From assembly GCA_030704615.1 (NCBI GenBank), contig CM060731.1:11718001-11782000 (forward strand): a stretch of DNA of 64,000 bases. Reading direction: 5' to 3'. The position numbers and the translations under genes were made by a program. Position 1 is the first letter of the stretch; each line of letters opens with the position of its first letter. The stretch comes from Takakia lepidozioides (Eukaryota > Plantae > Bryophyta). Below, piece after piece: positions 48,307-61,872 of the stretch. The notes below the pieces were generated by a model. It had not been told where the DNA came from, made no database searches, and was given only the letters and a program-made list of their open reading frames with translations.

Positions 48307-51300
48307 ATGGCAGGCCTGAAGCTAATAGGCGAGGCAGGGTTGCTCTGCCAAACAGCGAAGGTGGGGGGAGCTCGCCAATTGTCAGGGATAAACTCCTCAG
48401 TGAGGGGCACCTGCATCTGCGTTGGGGGGTGGTCATCGATTGGCAGCATTTGGCAAAGGGATGCACGATGCAGGAACCGAGTGAGGTGCGTGGCCATGGT
48501 GGGCTCGGCCACCCAGCAAGTGGCGGAGAATTCAGCAGAGGCTGCGCTTGTGGAAGCTTTGATTGGGGTACAGGGCCGTGGGCGGGCTGCATCGAAGCAA
48601 CAACTTCAGGCGTGTTTGAGTTTCGTATCAGTTTTTGGTGCATTGTAATTGGTACTAGACTTGAGAGGCGAGTTTTTATGTCCAAGCAAAGAAATGATTG
48701 CTTTTGAAGGTGTGCTGAGCTGTGTTAGCTGACTAGAAAATCGTTTCATGGGCAGCACTGCTAGTAATGGAGAGCAGTTTGAGGTCTTTGGAGTTTTAAA
48801 TTTTTTACCCCAATTTCAGCTGCTGAGATTCTCTCCTTTACAGTTAGTTGGCCCATTGGAAGGGGATTGTGGGATTGACGAAGTTTCATCTCCGGCCTGA
48901 TTGTTTGATGGAGTGATTCATGGTGTTAGATTGAGGTTGGATGTCACAAATCTTGTGAATTTTCAAGGATGCTCGCCGACTCTCGTAAAATTTACCTGGG
49001 CCATGTTTGCATGGAGTCCTCAACCGTGAATTCTCGAGCTAATTTTCTTCTTGCGGCCAATTTGTATCTACTGGTAGAACGGGGGAGAACGTTTACCATG
49101 GGCTAAGCAGTTCTTTCCTGGTTTTGTCCTTCTCAGGAACTAGCAGAGGCTGTGAGTGCGCTGGAAGTGGTGGGGGGTGTATTGGATCCAGTAAGTTTGT
49201 GACAATCTTTTCAAATCCCTTAAGTACACACAAGGAGAGAAGGATAATGTCCCATGGACACTGAGTCTGAACTCTGGAAATCTGGAACTTTGCAATTAGA
49301 TCGGAAGGCAGTTGCACCCACACCTAAGTTACAGATTCCTTCCCTCTAGTGACCTTTTTCTGTCTTCTTGGGGAACAGACCAGTTCGCCCTTGATAGAAG
49401 GCCGATGGCAGCTCATGTTCACCACCAGGCCTGGCACTGCATCTCCCATCCAGGTAAGCAGCTTACCAAAGTGGTTCTCAATCATGGCTGAAAACTATTC
49501 AGATTTCCTACCAAAAAGGGTGATGTTCCATACTGAGGCTGGGTCCCTGTCAACTGAATCATCAGCATGGTGTGTATAAGATGAAAAGCTTCTAGGCTTC
49601 ATTGTCACAATCAGTAGAGGGCCTGGTAGCCTGGGACCATAGTCCTCTGTAAAGCTTGGGACCGCTATGCACAAACGTTAAAAACTTTCTGCTCTGCACT
49701 TTGTTTTATCAATACTGTCTTTACCTTGTGCAGCGGACGTTTGTGGGGGTGGACGCCTTCACTGTTTTCCAAGACATCCTATTGAGAGACACCAATGATC
49801 CTCGCGTTTGCAATATTGTTAGATTCTCTGAACGTATTGGTGAGCTGAAAGTTGAGGTAAAGCCAGCAGAACATCTTTTGCAATTCCAGTCTCTTCTACA
49901 CTCATTTACATTGCGTTTGGATCAGTAGAGGAGAGCTAAAATGTCTCTTGGCAGGCAGCGGCATCAGTAGAGAGCGGCCAGCGAATTCTGTTTTGTTTTG
50001 ACAAGGCAGCATTCTCCTTCAAGTCGTTGCCATTCAAAGTCCCATACCCTGTGCCATTCCGCTTATTGGGTGATGAAGCAAAAGGGTGGTTGGATACAAC
50101 ATATTTATCTCCTTCAGGCACCATCCGCATTTCAAAAGGCAATAAGGTATGGAATCCAGTTTCACCTATTTGGTATAAGTTTATTTGGCTTACATGTCTC
50201 AACTTGTCTCTCTCACTTGCCTGCTGCTCAGTTGTACACATCCTAGTCAGACATGTTCTTGGGACGCCCTCAAGCAGCTCAATGAAAGTAGTCACCTACA
50301 CCACCATAAGATTTGGCTGGAGGGTCAAGCAGGGAACTACATTTGTGCTGCAAAAGAATGTGGACCTGCGACAACGACTGCTGCTGGCCATTGGAGCAAA
50401 AGTAGATGTGGAAAAGGTTTGTCTTTTACCTTTACCACCAATTCTACTGAAAGACAAGGGCAGAACTTCTATTTGAGGGGACGTGATGTTCTGTCATGAT
50501 TATTACCAGCCTTCAAGAACAAATGCTAATGTATTTGCATGACTTTGTCCCCGTGTCCAAAGAATGCTGTCATGAACTATGCTGTCCCCTGATGTATGCA
50601 GATACTGCAGTAAGTTACAAATGTAGGAAGATCGCATTTTTTTATTTTCTGGGACCTCACACATGTATAAAGCTTGAACATCCATGGAACAGCTCTGTAA
50701 ACTAGCTGTAAGAGTAGAAATCAAGAACTGGCACTACCTATCCAGACTTTTGAGTTACAGTCTAACCTGCTATACGTGTTGTTCTCTGACCTTATAAGTT
50801 AAAGTCGGCCGCAGGAGATTGAGGATCTTATTAAATTGAATCCAACAACAAATCCTACGGATTTAAACGTCCTGTCTGGAACTTGGCGGCTTCTATGGAG
50901 CTCTCAGGTATACTCCTTGAACCTCTGACTGCTGGACTTGACTTTTTAATCTTAACACTGTTTGGGGCAACTCTTTATATGCCAGAATCAATGAGATTTA
51001 CATGGTAGTTCTTTCCACCTGCGGGAGCCTTCATAGTGGACCTCACTCTGTCCTCTTATCACCACCATCCCCCTGCCCTTTTATAAATGCGCTCAAAGCT
51101 TGGCAGGCATATGGCTGTAAAGCTACAGCAAGAAAAGTGTAATGGATTCTTTAGTAGCTCTTGCACACACACTCACCTTCATTTCACTTCTGGAGTCTGA
51201 ATTGCTGCCATTTATTTCACATTGAAATTCGAATTGCATGCCAGTGAAGTGTTCCTTGATCTATTCATTTGTGTTTTTTCTGGTGCAGACTCCAGATGCC

Positions 51301-53865
51301 AACTGGCTCCAAAAGGCTACAGCAGGTATTCCAAATTGGCAGGTGAGGTCTGTTCCTGTTTAGAAGAAGTCAATTTCTGGGTGCATCAGATCATCCATAG
51401 GTCCTCACCCATGTCACAAACTGGAAACAAGCTGAGGGAATCTTATGCCTAACTTCATTTTGTTTTCATGCTTCTGACATGGGCTTAGATACTTCCGCCT
51501 CCAAGTCAGCTGCATCTAGCAGGGTCAGTTCTTCCTGCCTAGTATTTAGGTACTTGAAAATCTCATCTTCCTTTTCCCGACAGGACAGCCTGTTCAACAG
51601 GACGGTCTTGCTTCCAAGAAATATCGATCATCTTAGGGTATTATGAGGCATGCGATTCAACTGACCCCACCACCTGACCTTGAACTCATCATGTCAAGAG
51701 CTCTGGGGTGGTACGCCAAACTCGCTCTGAACAGCCACATTAGCTGTTCTAGAGCATGCTGACATGCTCCCTTTGAGCACCAAAAGCTGAATGGATTCTG
51801 AAGTTTTAGCATAGTTGGAGTTGCCTTCCCACACGGAAGATGTGTACTCCAAAGTAGGCCTAATAACGTTGCAAAGCATGGTCCTTTCAACTTGAGAATC
51901 AATCCCTCTGCAATGGAAAAAGTGAGGGAGACCCAAAAGCTATGCATTTAGCTGTTTGACCCATTTTTTATATATGCGGATCCCAGTTACAAATGTAGGA
52001 AAACTTAAAACCGAGACGTATGAAAAGGGAGCACATGGATCTATTCACTGCCCCCATGGATACTTGAGATCCTCTCCTCCCTCCCCATGATCATGGAAGG
52101 CCACCACCACGCATTTACTAACATACTCCACAGGTCAAAGGACCTCTTTGCACAAAAATCAACTCCTGAAGATAGGATGGGGTATTATCCCCTAGGCCCG
52201 CAAAGTCATCCACAAACATAAGAGCTGGTATGGTGGCATCACCCACCTTCAACCTAAATCCCTCGCTTTCCACATCTTAAAGGAGCTGATTAATGAAAAC
52301 ATTGAAGAGAAGTGGGGAGAGGGTACAACCTTGACACCTTGGTCAAAATATCACAAAGACTAGACCTCTGGCCATTGACCATAACATAACTTTTGGTGTT
52401 CGCATACAGGTTGTGACCAATCCTACACCTCTTTCCCTGACCTAGAAGACCACAGATGAAGCCACAGCCCGTTGCGTAATTTATACATCCAGGATGAAGA
52501 CAAAGGTGGGTTTTCTTTCTTTTCTCCTTCCCTGAATAGTCTGGCTTAGGTTAAAGATATGGTCGACGCAAGCCCTATTTCTAAGAAAGCCCTCCTGACC
52601 TTCATGGATAACACTTCTAGACTCCAAATCAACCTCGGAACAGGTGCTTATTATCGTACAAAACAGCTTGCCACCTGCGATGAGAGAGAGCGAGAAAAGT
52701 TTATAATGGAGGTGTCCATACGAGCAGAGATGCAAGAGGGATAATTGATGTGACCATTTAATGTGTGTATGTAGATAGTGAAGCCTGAGACTGGAAGACT
52801 GGAAAACCTGGTGCAATTTCTTCCTGGCTTTCGATTACGAGCCAAAGCTCGATCAGAGTGAGTTTTCCCCCTCAATGCACAGCCTAATTTCAAGCTGCAT
52901 ACAATGTGATGTTTAACAGCTTCATATTCTCTTTATTTTAACTTTTTAGAACTGCTCTTCTTCCTCTACCCTCTTGCATATGGAGTATTACTTTGGTGAT
53001 CATTCAGGGAAATGGCTGGATAATGCAGAGCAAGTTCAGCGCAACGACGCCAGGTCAATATTGAAGGGGCTGTGTTGGAGTTGGGACCTCTGGAAATACC
53101 TCTAAACATTACCGGTGAAGGCTACACAGATATTTTGTGGGTGACCTTGCCACCTTCTTGCTGCATAGATGATTGTGCATGGTCTCACTGTCACCTCTGA
53201 TGTTTTACTAGGATCTAGGACAGGAATGCCTGTATTTTGAGGGTTTCAATGTCATAAGGCCCTAGTGTTTTTGGTCTCTTTCTTTTGTGTTCTACTTCTA
53301 GATTCTAGAGAAAAGGACAAAGCCTGCTCTTTGTGCTGGATTCTCTCCTAGTCTTCTCTCTTACCATCTTGTTGCTTTTGCATAGATAATTCTGCATGGA
53401 TCTCACTGTCTATGATGTTTTTCTAGACATGAATACCTGCATTAGGAGGGCTTCAATGTCAAAAGGTGCCAGTGGTATCTTTCGTTCTAAATTTTAGAGA
53501 AAGTGCTGTGCTGCTCTCTTAGGGATTTTTCCTTCTAGGAAGGGACTCTTCCTTTCAGAGTGAGCATTTCCACTACTTGCTTCATGAGCGAGCTTCATGA
53601 GCGACTGTACTTGTTTATTCCGCTTCTCATGCTTAGTGTGATGGTTATTTGTGTGGAGGAACTGCCTCTCCTGTATGCTCTCACAGATGCTTGCCCCATC
53701 ACTGTCTCCCTCACTGGTCTCAAGTGTTTACTGCCTTATGGTATATTTATTTCCACTAACAATTATTGGGCATCCATTTGCAGGTATCTTGACAACAAAA
53801 TCAGAATATCTCGGGGCAACAAAGGCAGTATGTTTGTCCACCTGCGGGAGCAAAAGTCTCCTTGA
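48307..53865 (+). CDS. FBN10: Fibrillin / plastid-lipid-associated protein PAP12 (FBN10), two PAP-fibrillin domains; exons 48307-48609, 49137-49190, 49379-49453, 49734-49856, 49955-50146, ~50332-50416, ~50815-50907, ~51289-51342, ~52774-52857, 53029-53136, 53784-53865
   Basis: EAALVEALIGVQGRGRAAS, LIEGRWQLMFTTRPGTASPIQRTFVGVDAFTVFQ, KVPYPVPFRLLGDEAKGWLDTTYLSPSGTIRISKGNKGTTFVLQK, YLDNKIRISRGNKG. Confidence 0.92.
51500..52710 (-). mobile_element. Degraded LINE reverse transcriptase fragment in an FBN10 intron
   Basis: GKLFCTI...HEGQEGFLRNRACVDHIF...TFVFILDV, QGCTLSPLLFNVFI, LMFVDDF (YADD box), IRPTLEYTSSVW, TANVAVQSEFG; frameshifts and stops. Confidence 0.88.
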
Positions 53866-54711
53866 CACAAGTGTCTCACCTAATGCCAAGCCTTATCTGG
53901 TGGCCAATATGTTTGCGGGTGGGTGTTGATTTTGTCTTATTACCACTCTAAACAGCAAACAAATGCTTAATAATCTTGCTATTCTATGAGTGCAAGATCT
54001 GCTAAATCTCAAGAAATATGGCCCTTGCTTTTGAAGGACGATCTGAGGTTTTTGGTGGAGCTGACAACCTTTGGGATTGTGAGCACAGGTCCATGAAGAG
54101 TTGACATCCAATATGCCAGAGTGTTTCAACTCTCAGTGATTCAAGGTTCCTCCATGTCTTGTATATCTGAGATAGAGCGCAGGAGTATTTAGACACATGA
54201 CAGCTTGAAGGAGAGGTAACTCTTTGCATCCGAACCAACTCTGACCCTGGCCTTGCACCAGAGGGTCTTAGGTACACTCAATACTATCTCGAGGCAAGTT
54301 GCACACCTGCATTTATTGCAACCTTGTAGTCAGAAAGTTATGGTTTTCACATGCAGAATACACCCACATTTCAGACTCCTTCAATTGGGCCAGGCGGTAG
54401 AGGAGCTCCACTGCCGCAATATATCTGGAAACATTGATTAAAGTATGTCAAGTGGTCAGTGACAGGCCTCACCACCCTCAACTGTTTTGTTCTATCCTAC
54501 TGCAGATAAACATTTGAGCATTGACTCACATGCGGAATTTCAATAATAGACAAATCATCCCATAAAATCTACCAACCACCTTCTTCCAAATGCTGAATCT
54601 CTTTCACACTGCTCAAGTACTGCTCTCGCTTGGAAATCCCAATACAGCAGCCTATCCAACTTGCTGTCAACTTCCCTTACCCTGTCCCTGTGCCATAACC
54701 TCCTGTGAACT

Positions 54712-57681
54712 TTATTTTACATGAGCAAGTTTATCCTCAGCCTTGAAAATAACCATGGGTGCATCAGCTTCAGCCAAAAGTTGTGAAACTGTAAACCAGA
54801 AAGTCAAAGCAGCTCTCCCACACATCACCCTCACCTGCATCAGCAATGTAAACTGATTAGAAAGCAAATAACTATGTGATTACAGCACTTTTGGTAGCTG
54901 GACATTCAATGGTCTCAATTAGAATACACAACTTCATAGTTTGTAGCTTGGATATGCTGCAAAAACTGCAGTGCAGTGATCATTGACAGTACAATCACCC
55001 TAGCCAGCCAGCTAATAAGCCTTGCAAGCTTGACCTCTTTCACTTTGCAACTCTGCATCCATGGTAGACCTTGAAAAGGCATCGAGGTTTGGATCACCTG
55101 CTGCAACTTAAGGCCTCCGCTAGTTTGCACTGCACCCACCCCTCCTTCAATCCGAGTCTCCATGACTGACACTCCATTGCGGCCCTTTGTGAGAGGACAC
55201 GGTAAATCACCAGCAGTGCTGATGATTGGACATGAAAGATGCTCCAATGGATGCTCTCCGCACTTGAGAGCACAGCCATCGACCGTCAAACGTCCCTCTC
55301 TATGAAGCAAACAGCTCCCAAGTTCTGCCTTGATGGTCAAGTTTGCAACTCTTCCAGTTGCAGAGAACTCCAGCGCACTGCACACGTTCGGACTCTTATA
55401 AGTGTGTGGCAAAGGCTTCTTTTATAACACATTTGACAGTTCAAAAATTCCCAGGTTTTGGTGTTGATAAGCCCTCAAGACCTCCACTTTATCACCAAAG
55501 GAGAGGATCTATCCATTGACCATTACCTGTCAAAGGCTGTGTGTTACATCAAAACCCCCCTGGAGTCACGTGTTGAGTTTCTGCCTGCCCCTGTGTGGAT
55601 ACGCAGCCCTGAATTTGCCTACCTCATGCAAAATTGTCAGGGCAAGGCCACTGGGTGTTGATCGATGGACTGATATGGGCATCATGCTAGAAAACATGAA
55701 TTCTGGCAGTTCTTCCCTACCCGCCACTTCAGGCCACAAAACTGAAGGTGACATTATTATGTGGGGCATGCTATGGAGTACTTGGCTTACTTCAGCAATC
55801 TCTTACTAGATCAGGTCTTTGGTGTTGTTCTTTTTAAGACCAGAAGTCCATTAGGAATTGCATAGAGGAGCCAATATTGCAGCACAATATTAACAATGTT
55901 GCTCTCAAATGAAGTTCACACCTCTCAAAGCCTCGAGGACAAAGAAGAACAGTGTCATCAGCTGAAGCTCCTCCTCCCACCTGCATACACCAATGCAGGA
56001 AAGTACTTGAGACTCCTACATACCCATCACTAGTAAAATCTCTTGTACAATGATTGAACAAGGCCATTGAATCTAACATAAATATGACAACTTGTGCCAA
56101 CTGATCACCGCCTAATTCCCTTGCAGTTCCATTACGAGATTCGGAATTTTCTCCAATTTTTGCCGCAGGGTCCTTCAAAATCTGGGTAATACAGCAGGGG
56201 TACTCAAGACCTCTGTATTCCTGGCAGCCACCCCTTTGAACCTGCTATCAATTTCAAGAAAAACTAATCAACCAAAAACGAGGGTAGACCTGGCAAGAGC
56301 TTTGCAATTTGAGACCTTGAGGGAACAGGTGCTCCAAGACTCACCAAGCAGATTGGCTTGCGTATGTGGATATTGTGGACAACATGAACTCCCGAGGCAA
56401 GAAGAATTGTCTCTCCTCGCCTGAATCCTCCAGCAAGCCACCAACCAGTCAAATCATAACAATGTGGACATGCGCATTCTGATAGTGCAACTGTGCCATG
56501 CCATGGGCTATCTGCAAATGTCCTTGAGTCCTGGTAGCCTCCACAGATCACAGGTGCAGCAATCCCTAAACTGACACAAGTGAACATATTCCGGGCAAAG
56601 CATGAAAAAAAAAGCACTTCCAAAACTGTCTTGAACCATACTATTATCTGGAAGTTTTCCCGAGCAGTTCAAGCTCCACATGTCAGTTTGTTGGTGCGCA
56701 AATAGGACTAAAACCGAGAGGCTGGAGGGAGAAAAGGGCACACCTTGCTGCAGCCACTGCATCTTCGAGAGTTTCAAAGACACCAGGCCATGACCGCCTG
56801 CCAGATGTTGGATCTACCCGCAGCCACATGCGCGGATCGGATGCCAAGCTCTGCCACCTCCTACACACTCTTGCTGCACTGAACCGGTCTGCATTCCTCC
56901 AGCCCCAGTAGAGGTTTAAGATACAAAGAATTACAGGAGACTGTACAAAACCCAACATGGGACAAGGCTGTTACCACCATGTTGCAGTAACTTGCAACAG
57001 AACGAAGCCATACACTTTTGACCCCTGGCCTTAATATACTCAGAATTCTTTTCGAAAGTCTTTCTGCCCACTATGATTAGGGGGCACAAGCCAAGGGAGT
57101 TCAACAATCTTGATTTACTCATATTAGGCTGTCCTTGACTTGCCCGTGAGTCTTGCTGTCAGCCCCACCAAAAAACCCCATATGCAAAAGGTCCCATCTT
57201 CGTTTGACACATTTACCTTCGTATTCTATCCACATACCCTCGAAAGGATTGAGTACGCGTAGACTAAGAATTGAACAAAATCACAAAACCAAATGGCAAA
57301 TTTCCAACTGTCCTGAACCACCGAAAACCTACCTTTGCAGTGAATTCCATTTCGTACTTCAACATCATTCGGACCTCACCTACTAGCCCAAATTCATCTT
57401 TGCATTTTGAATGAGATACACCTGAATTAGTTAGGAGCCCACTTCTTTGGTGTTCACCATTGCACATGCCAAAAAACGAACGGAAGATACCCTAAACAAC
57501 ACAGAACCAGAGACCCAGAACTTCAAAAGAGAAAACCAACATACTGCCACTCAGATCAGCAACCAGAAAGAGGAGACCTACCAGGCATGGGGGTGAGAAA
57601 ATTGAGAATACGAACAAGGCACGCATCATCCAGCCAATGGATAGGAGCCACCGTTTGGCTATGGGGGCCGCGCTGAGGCAT
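54712..57681 (-). CDS. SKIP5: F-box protein SKIP5; exons approx. 57681-57581, 56888-56743, 56421-56345, 55981-55922, 55377-55098, 54834-54712
   Basis: PIHWLDDACLVRILNFLTPMPDRFSAARVCRRW...FETLEDAVAAAR.GETILLA...IRKPICLVGGG...SALEFSATGRVANLTIKAELGSCLLHREGRLTVDGC...HPLEHLSCPIISTA...VRVMCGRAALTFWF; start codon tentative. Confidence 0.9.
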
Positions 57682-60029
57682 GATTAGAGAAACCCTCCCA
57701 GCAAAGGTTTGGGGACTCTCCCCTGACAGTAAAAGAAATTGGGAATTGAGAATTGAGAAAGCCTTCACTTAGACTACTTGTGCTCCTACCATCACCAAAG
57801 CCTTCATCTTAGAGAAACCCACATGCTTCAAGGTGACAAAGATGGAAACCCTTTCCCTGCCTTTCAACCAAGCCCCCGCTGGAGGCAAGACCGCCATAGC
57901 CAGCTCTCTCTCTGCGGTGCCTGATCTTTTTCAGCCTAGGCTCTTGGTCACTCCCATCTTTATTAAAGAAAAGTCCTGAAGGGAAAATTCGGAACCCTCC
58001 AAAGGGCACCACAGGGCCAGCAAGATCGGCAAAATAAAGAGCCCAAGTACCTGGACCTTATTAGGGCAAACCTTTCCCCCTGCATAAAGCTCCACTGAGG
58101 GACTCAAGACATCTTATTACCCCCCCTTAAAAATGAATGGGGCTACCGACACCATCTAGTTCTTACTATATCAGATATTTGTGGAGAAGGCTTCTTCTTC
58201 TTGAGGGAAGAGATGTTGATCAGGGGGTTGTTTGTCCTCTTTTTCAGCCTCCATGGCATGTCATGAGAGGTTATTTTTTCCTCCTTTAATATATGGGCCT
58301 CCCTCGGGCCCCTTTTTGGGAAAAATAAAAATAAAATTTTTTTGAGAAAATATGGTCATCTTATACACCGTGTCAAGACTCTTATTGGTCCGAAAACATT
58401 CAATGGTGTGTGTTGTGCTCCAATCAAGAATTTGTTTTCCTTTAAACAGGTGACAAGGCCCTAGATGTCGCATTATTTGGAATTATTACAAAATGAGCAA
58501 TTAGAGTATAACACTAAGTGTGGCCGGTGCCACATGTTGTACCGTCGTTTTACTAAATATATTCATATTTACATAATGAAGGCCCCAGTTCATTAAACCA
58601 AAAAATTTAAAAAAAAAATTTAAAAGAAGGGCCTGGCAATACTCCAGTAAAACCTAATTTTGTTATTTTCATGAATTTCTAGCAACAAAAGTTACTTGAA
58701 ATTCAATACTTCCCACATCGCATGTCCAAAAATTATGAAACCACCACTATACCCCTACTCATCGAGGGCTTTCGAGCGGTATCAAGAACCCGGGCGGAGG
58801 CCTTGCGGTTAGTAGGGAGATCTCATGTACATACAAATAAACAAAACAAAATTCATTACAATATTTAATACATTAATAACATAAGATCTAGTAGAAACTA
58901 TTTAGAACACAAAACACACCTCACTTTTGTCATAGTCTACACAGCCTCTCATAGTTTGTGGCTTGTTTGCATGAGGGTTGCATAAAGGTTGATAACGAAG
59001 TTGTAGGCCGGTGCTAATGCGCATATACCACCTTGGAAGTGGTTAGTTCAATCCGCCAATTGGTGTCCACCTTCCCGTTGGAAGGCAGGTAGCCCTTGGG
59101 GATCAAGAGACACCATAATTTATGCTTCATTGGGGAAGCCTCATACCTTCTTCTTTTGTTATGAAATAGCTTTGGTCCATAAAAACATTTATAAAAAAAT
59201 TAAAATGGGGATGGGCTCTCTTGCTTTGCTTTGGCAAAACATAAGAGGAAGATAAGACACGGGAGCATGAGTGAGCACAACACCCCAATCACTCCCTTGA
59301 CACAATGCAAGGTCCTTTTAGAACATTTTTTCCGTTGACTTCAATATCATGTGTAATCTCTATCTACAAAGGAGCCAAAAAGATCATGCATGGGAATATT
59401 TTATTGACTCCTCCCTAAGGAGAGACCATGGGATTGTTTTATCCTGATGTACCTCCCCAGTTAATACCTACCTATCAAGATCCTACTTTCCCCAATAAAT
59501 AGCCATTTTCAATATACTCTAGATTCTCATCCCTCTATTATTACCATAATTTGGTGAGTGCTGTAATTCTATCATATTCATGTGCAGCTTTTCTGTCTTG
59601 GTCTTTTTTGTTATGAAGCCTTTCTCATGTGCCTTGCTCTCTGCATGTGCAGTTCATGGCAGCAGCTGGGGTATTCAGCTTGTTTGTTCTATTTTGCTCG
59701 TGGGTTGATCTTCGACTGATATATTCAGCAATCTTGAATGATTAGTTCGGCTCTAGTAATTCGGCTCTAGTTAGACTCTGGCTTGGGCCTGCCAGCTCAT
59801 TTAGAGATATTTAGAATAGCTTCAAGCTCTATGTTCGCCTTGTAGGCGGTTCTGGGTTGCACCCAATCTTCCAAGATGTAAGCCTTATGGCCTTCTGTCC
59901 TGGTTATTTTTTCCAGGACATCTCCTTACATATGAATTACAGGGCTTCCTTCCCTTTGAAGTAAAATTAAAAAAAGAAAAGAAGAAAAAAAAAAAGACTC
60001 CGGCCGAAGCCGGCGTAACTAAGAGCCAA

Positions 60030-61050
60030 TTCGTCTCACGGCTACTGCCCCCTCTCGGGGGTGGGCCCTACATAGGAAAAAATAACCTCGTGGAAAGCCA
60101 TGAAGGCAGAAGTGGGGCCAGTGCCATGGTTCCAGTTCTCTTTTGAAACAATATAAGACAACGAGTTTTTTTAATGGCTCCTCAGAACATGCAACACTGT
60201 AAAAAAGATGTAAGTTCATGTTATAATTTCCCCAGATAAAACCTGCATTCAATACACCTCCCTGCCCTGAGAATTTTATTAAGAGTTATTGAAGGGAAAA
60301 AATTAAACTCTTACAAGCCTGAAGGCTGCCATGAGGCCTTAACACACGAGACTGTGTAGGAGATACCAGACGATCAGTAAACATGAGACAATGGACTCTG
60401 GACTAAACACGAAGGCAGGTAATCTCCCGAGTAGGGAGGGAGCCCAACTCAGATCGAAGTGACAGACCTGTTAAGAATCATAGAAGCCTAGAACAAGGTG
60501 CCAAGTGTGACAAGGGAGTATAATAGAACTGAAGGGATAAATCTGAAGGGAACTGAAAGGATAACTCTGAAGGGAACTGAATATGATAGAAGCGAAGGGA
60601 CAAATCTGTTTGGCCCTGAGTGGTTCGAAATTCAAGTGAGCCCGAATTTTAGAACCCCTGTTCTTTCGGTGGCGCCAATTGATATCCCTTTCCTCCATTT
60701 CAGCAGGGGAGGCCCAGTGATCTGGGGAGTCACCAGTTGATTGAAGATCTGGATGACCAACTTGCACATTCCCCCTGTCTTTGGCAAAGAATTCCAAGGT
60801 GTCCCCATTCGGCGTCAAATTGTGAGAGCCGGGTATCCCGCCGCTCCTCAGAACATCTCCGTACTGTACCCAACAAGACCCCCCACAATTTTCGACCTTC
60901 TACAAGTAAGTCAAAGTTAAGAGCAGCCAAAACAGCTTTAGTACAAATGGGCCGCCTGAGATCGAATATAAGAGCACATCGGGCCTTCCAGATGTGCCAT
61001 AGACCCAATCCACGAAGGGGATGCCATGCTTGACACGATTGCCAACACTA
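60030..61050 (-). mobile_element. 5'-truncated L1-type LINE 3' end (ORF2 C-terminus plus 3' UTR with short tandem repeats)
   Basis: GLWHIWKARCALIF...FDAEW, typical of the region after the zf-RVT domain; GAACTGAAGGGA repeats at 60525-60605. Confidence 0.65.
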
Positions 61051-61872
61051 GAAGCATTCGTGTCATTTACCACTGGGGTAACGACTCATTTTGAGTCGTA
61101 AAAGTCAAAAAAATGGGATCGACTGGAAGTTACAAACGACTAGTTACAACAGACGTGGTAGTTGGGTTGGACATCCAATGATTGGAGTGGTAAAGGACGT
61201 AGACGCGCGAACAACTGCTCAGCAATCAATGCGATTAATGCTGAAGAACCACGTGGCGTAACCAGGCCGGCCGCCCGTGTGTCTGACCTTTTGGGCTGAC
61301 TTTGATTTCTCCCTCCGGATGAGTGGACTAACTCACCGGGGCGAGGTGACACATGGACGCGGACGTGGACGCCGATGTGGCGGCGCCGCGACGAGCAGCA
61401 ATGCTGCCGCGTGGCCACGGGCCCAGGACGCCACGTCGTAGTCGGCCACATAACTTGGAGTGCTACATGTCAGGTGGCAACAGCGACTAGCGAAGTCGAC
61501 TGCAGAACTGCCGGCAGACGAATCCACGGGGACCACGTGGAGGGTGTGTGGGTCGACGCGTGGCGTCGTCCCTATGCAATGGCAGTGAAGGGTACGACTG
61601 CTAGTGGAAAGACGCAGGAGTGGTTGTGCCCTCTCGGGACTGCTTTGGCCAACTCCACTGCCACTGTGCTAGTTGGTTGCACTACACTAGGAAAGCACTA
61701 CAGAGGGGAGTGTGATCACACCCCCCCAAACTTGGGTGAAGATCCGGCCGTTGTTGATTTCAAATAGGAACACATGTCGTGCATCCGACACTATGGCCTT
61801 TTCGACTTTGAGACGTTTCAAAATAACCACTTATAATCCTCCAGACAACTAGATGTAGTGATTCACACAACA

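Noticed and set aside
58460-59400. AT-rich segment as a specific transposon
   Set aside because: Probably repeat-derived, but no TIR, TSD or coding motif could be delimited
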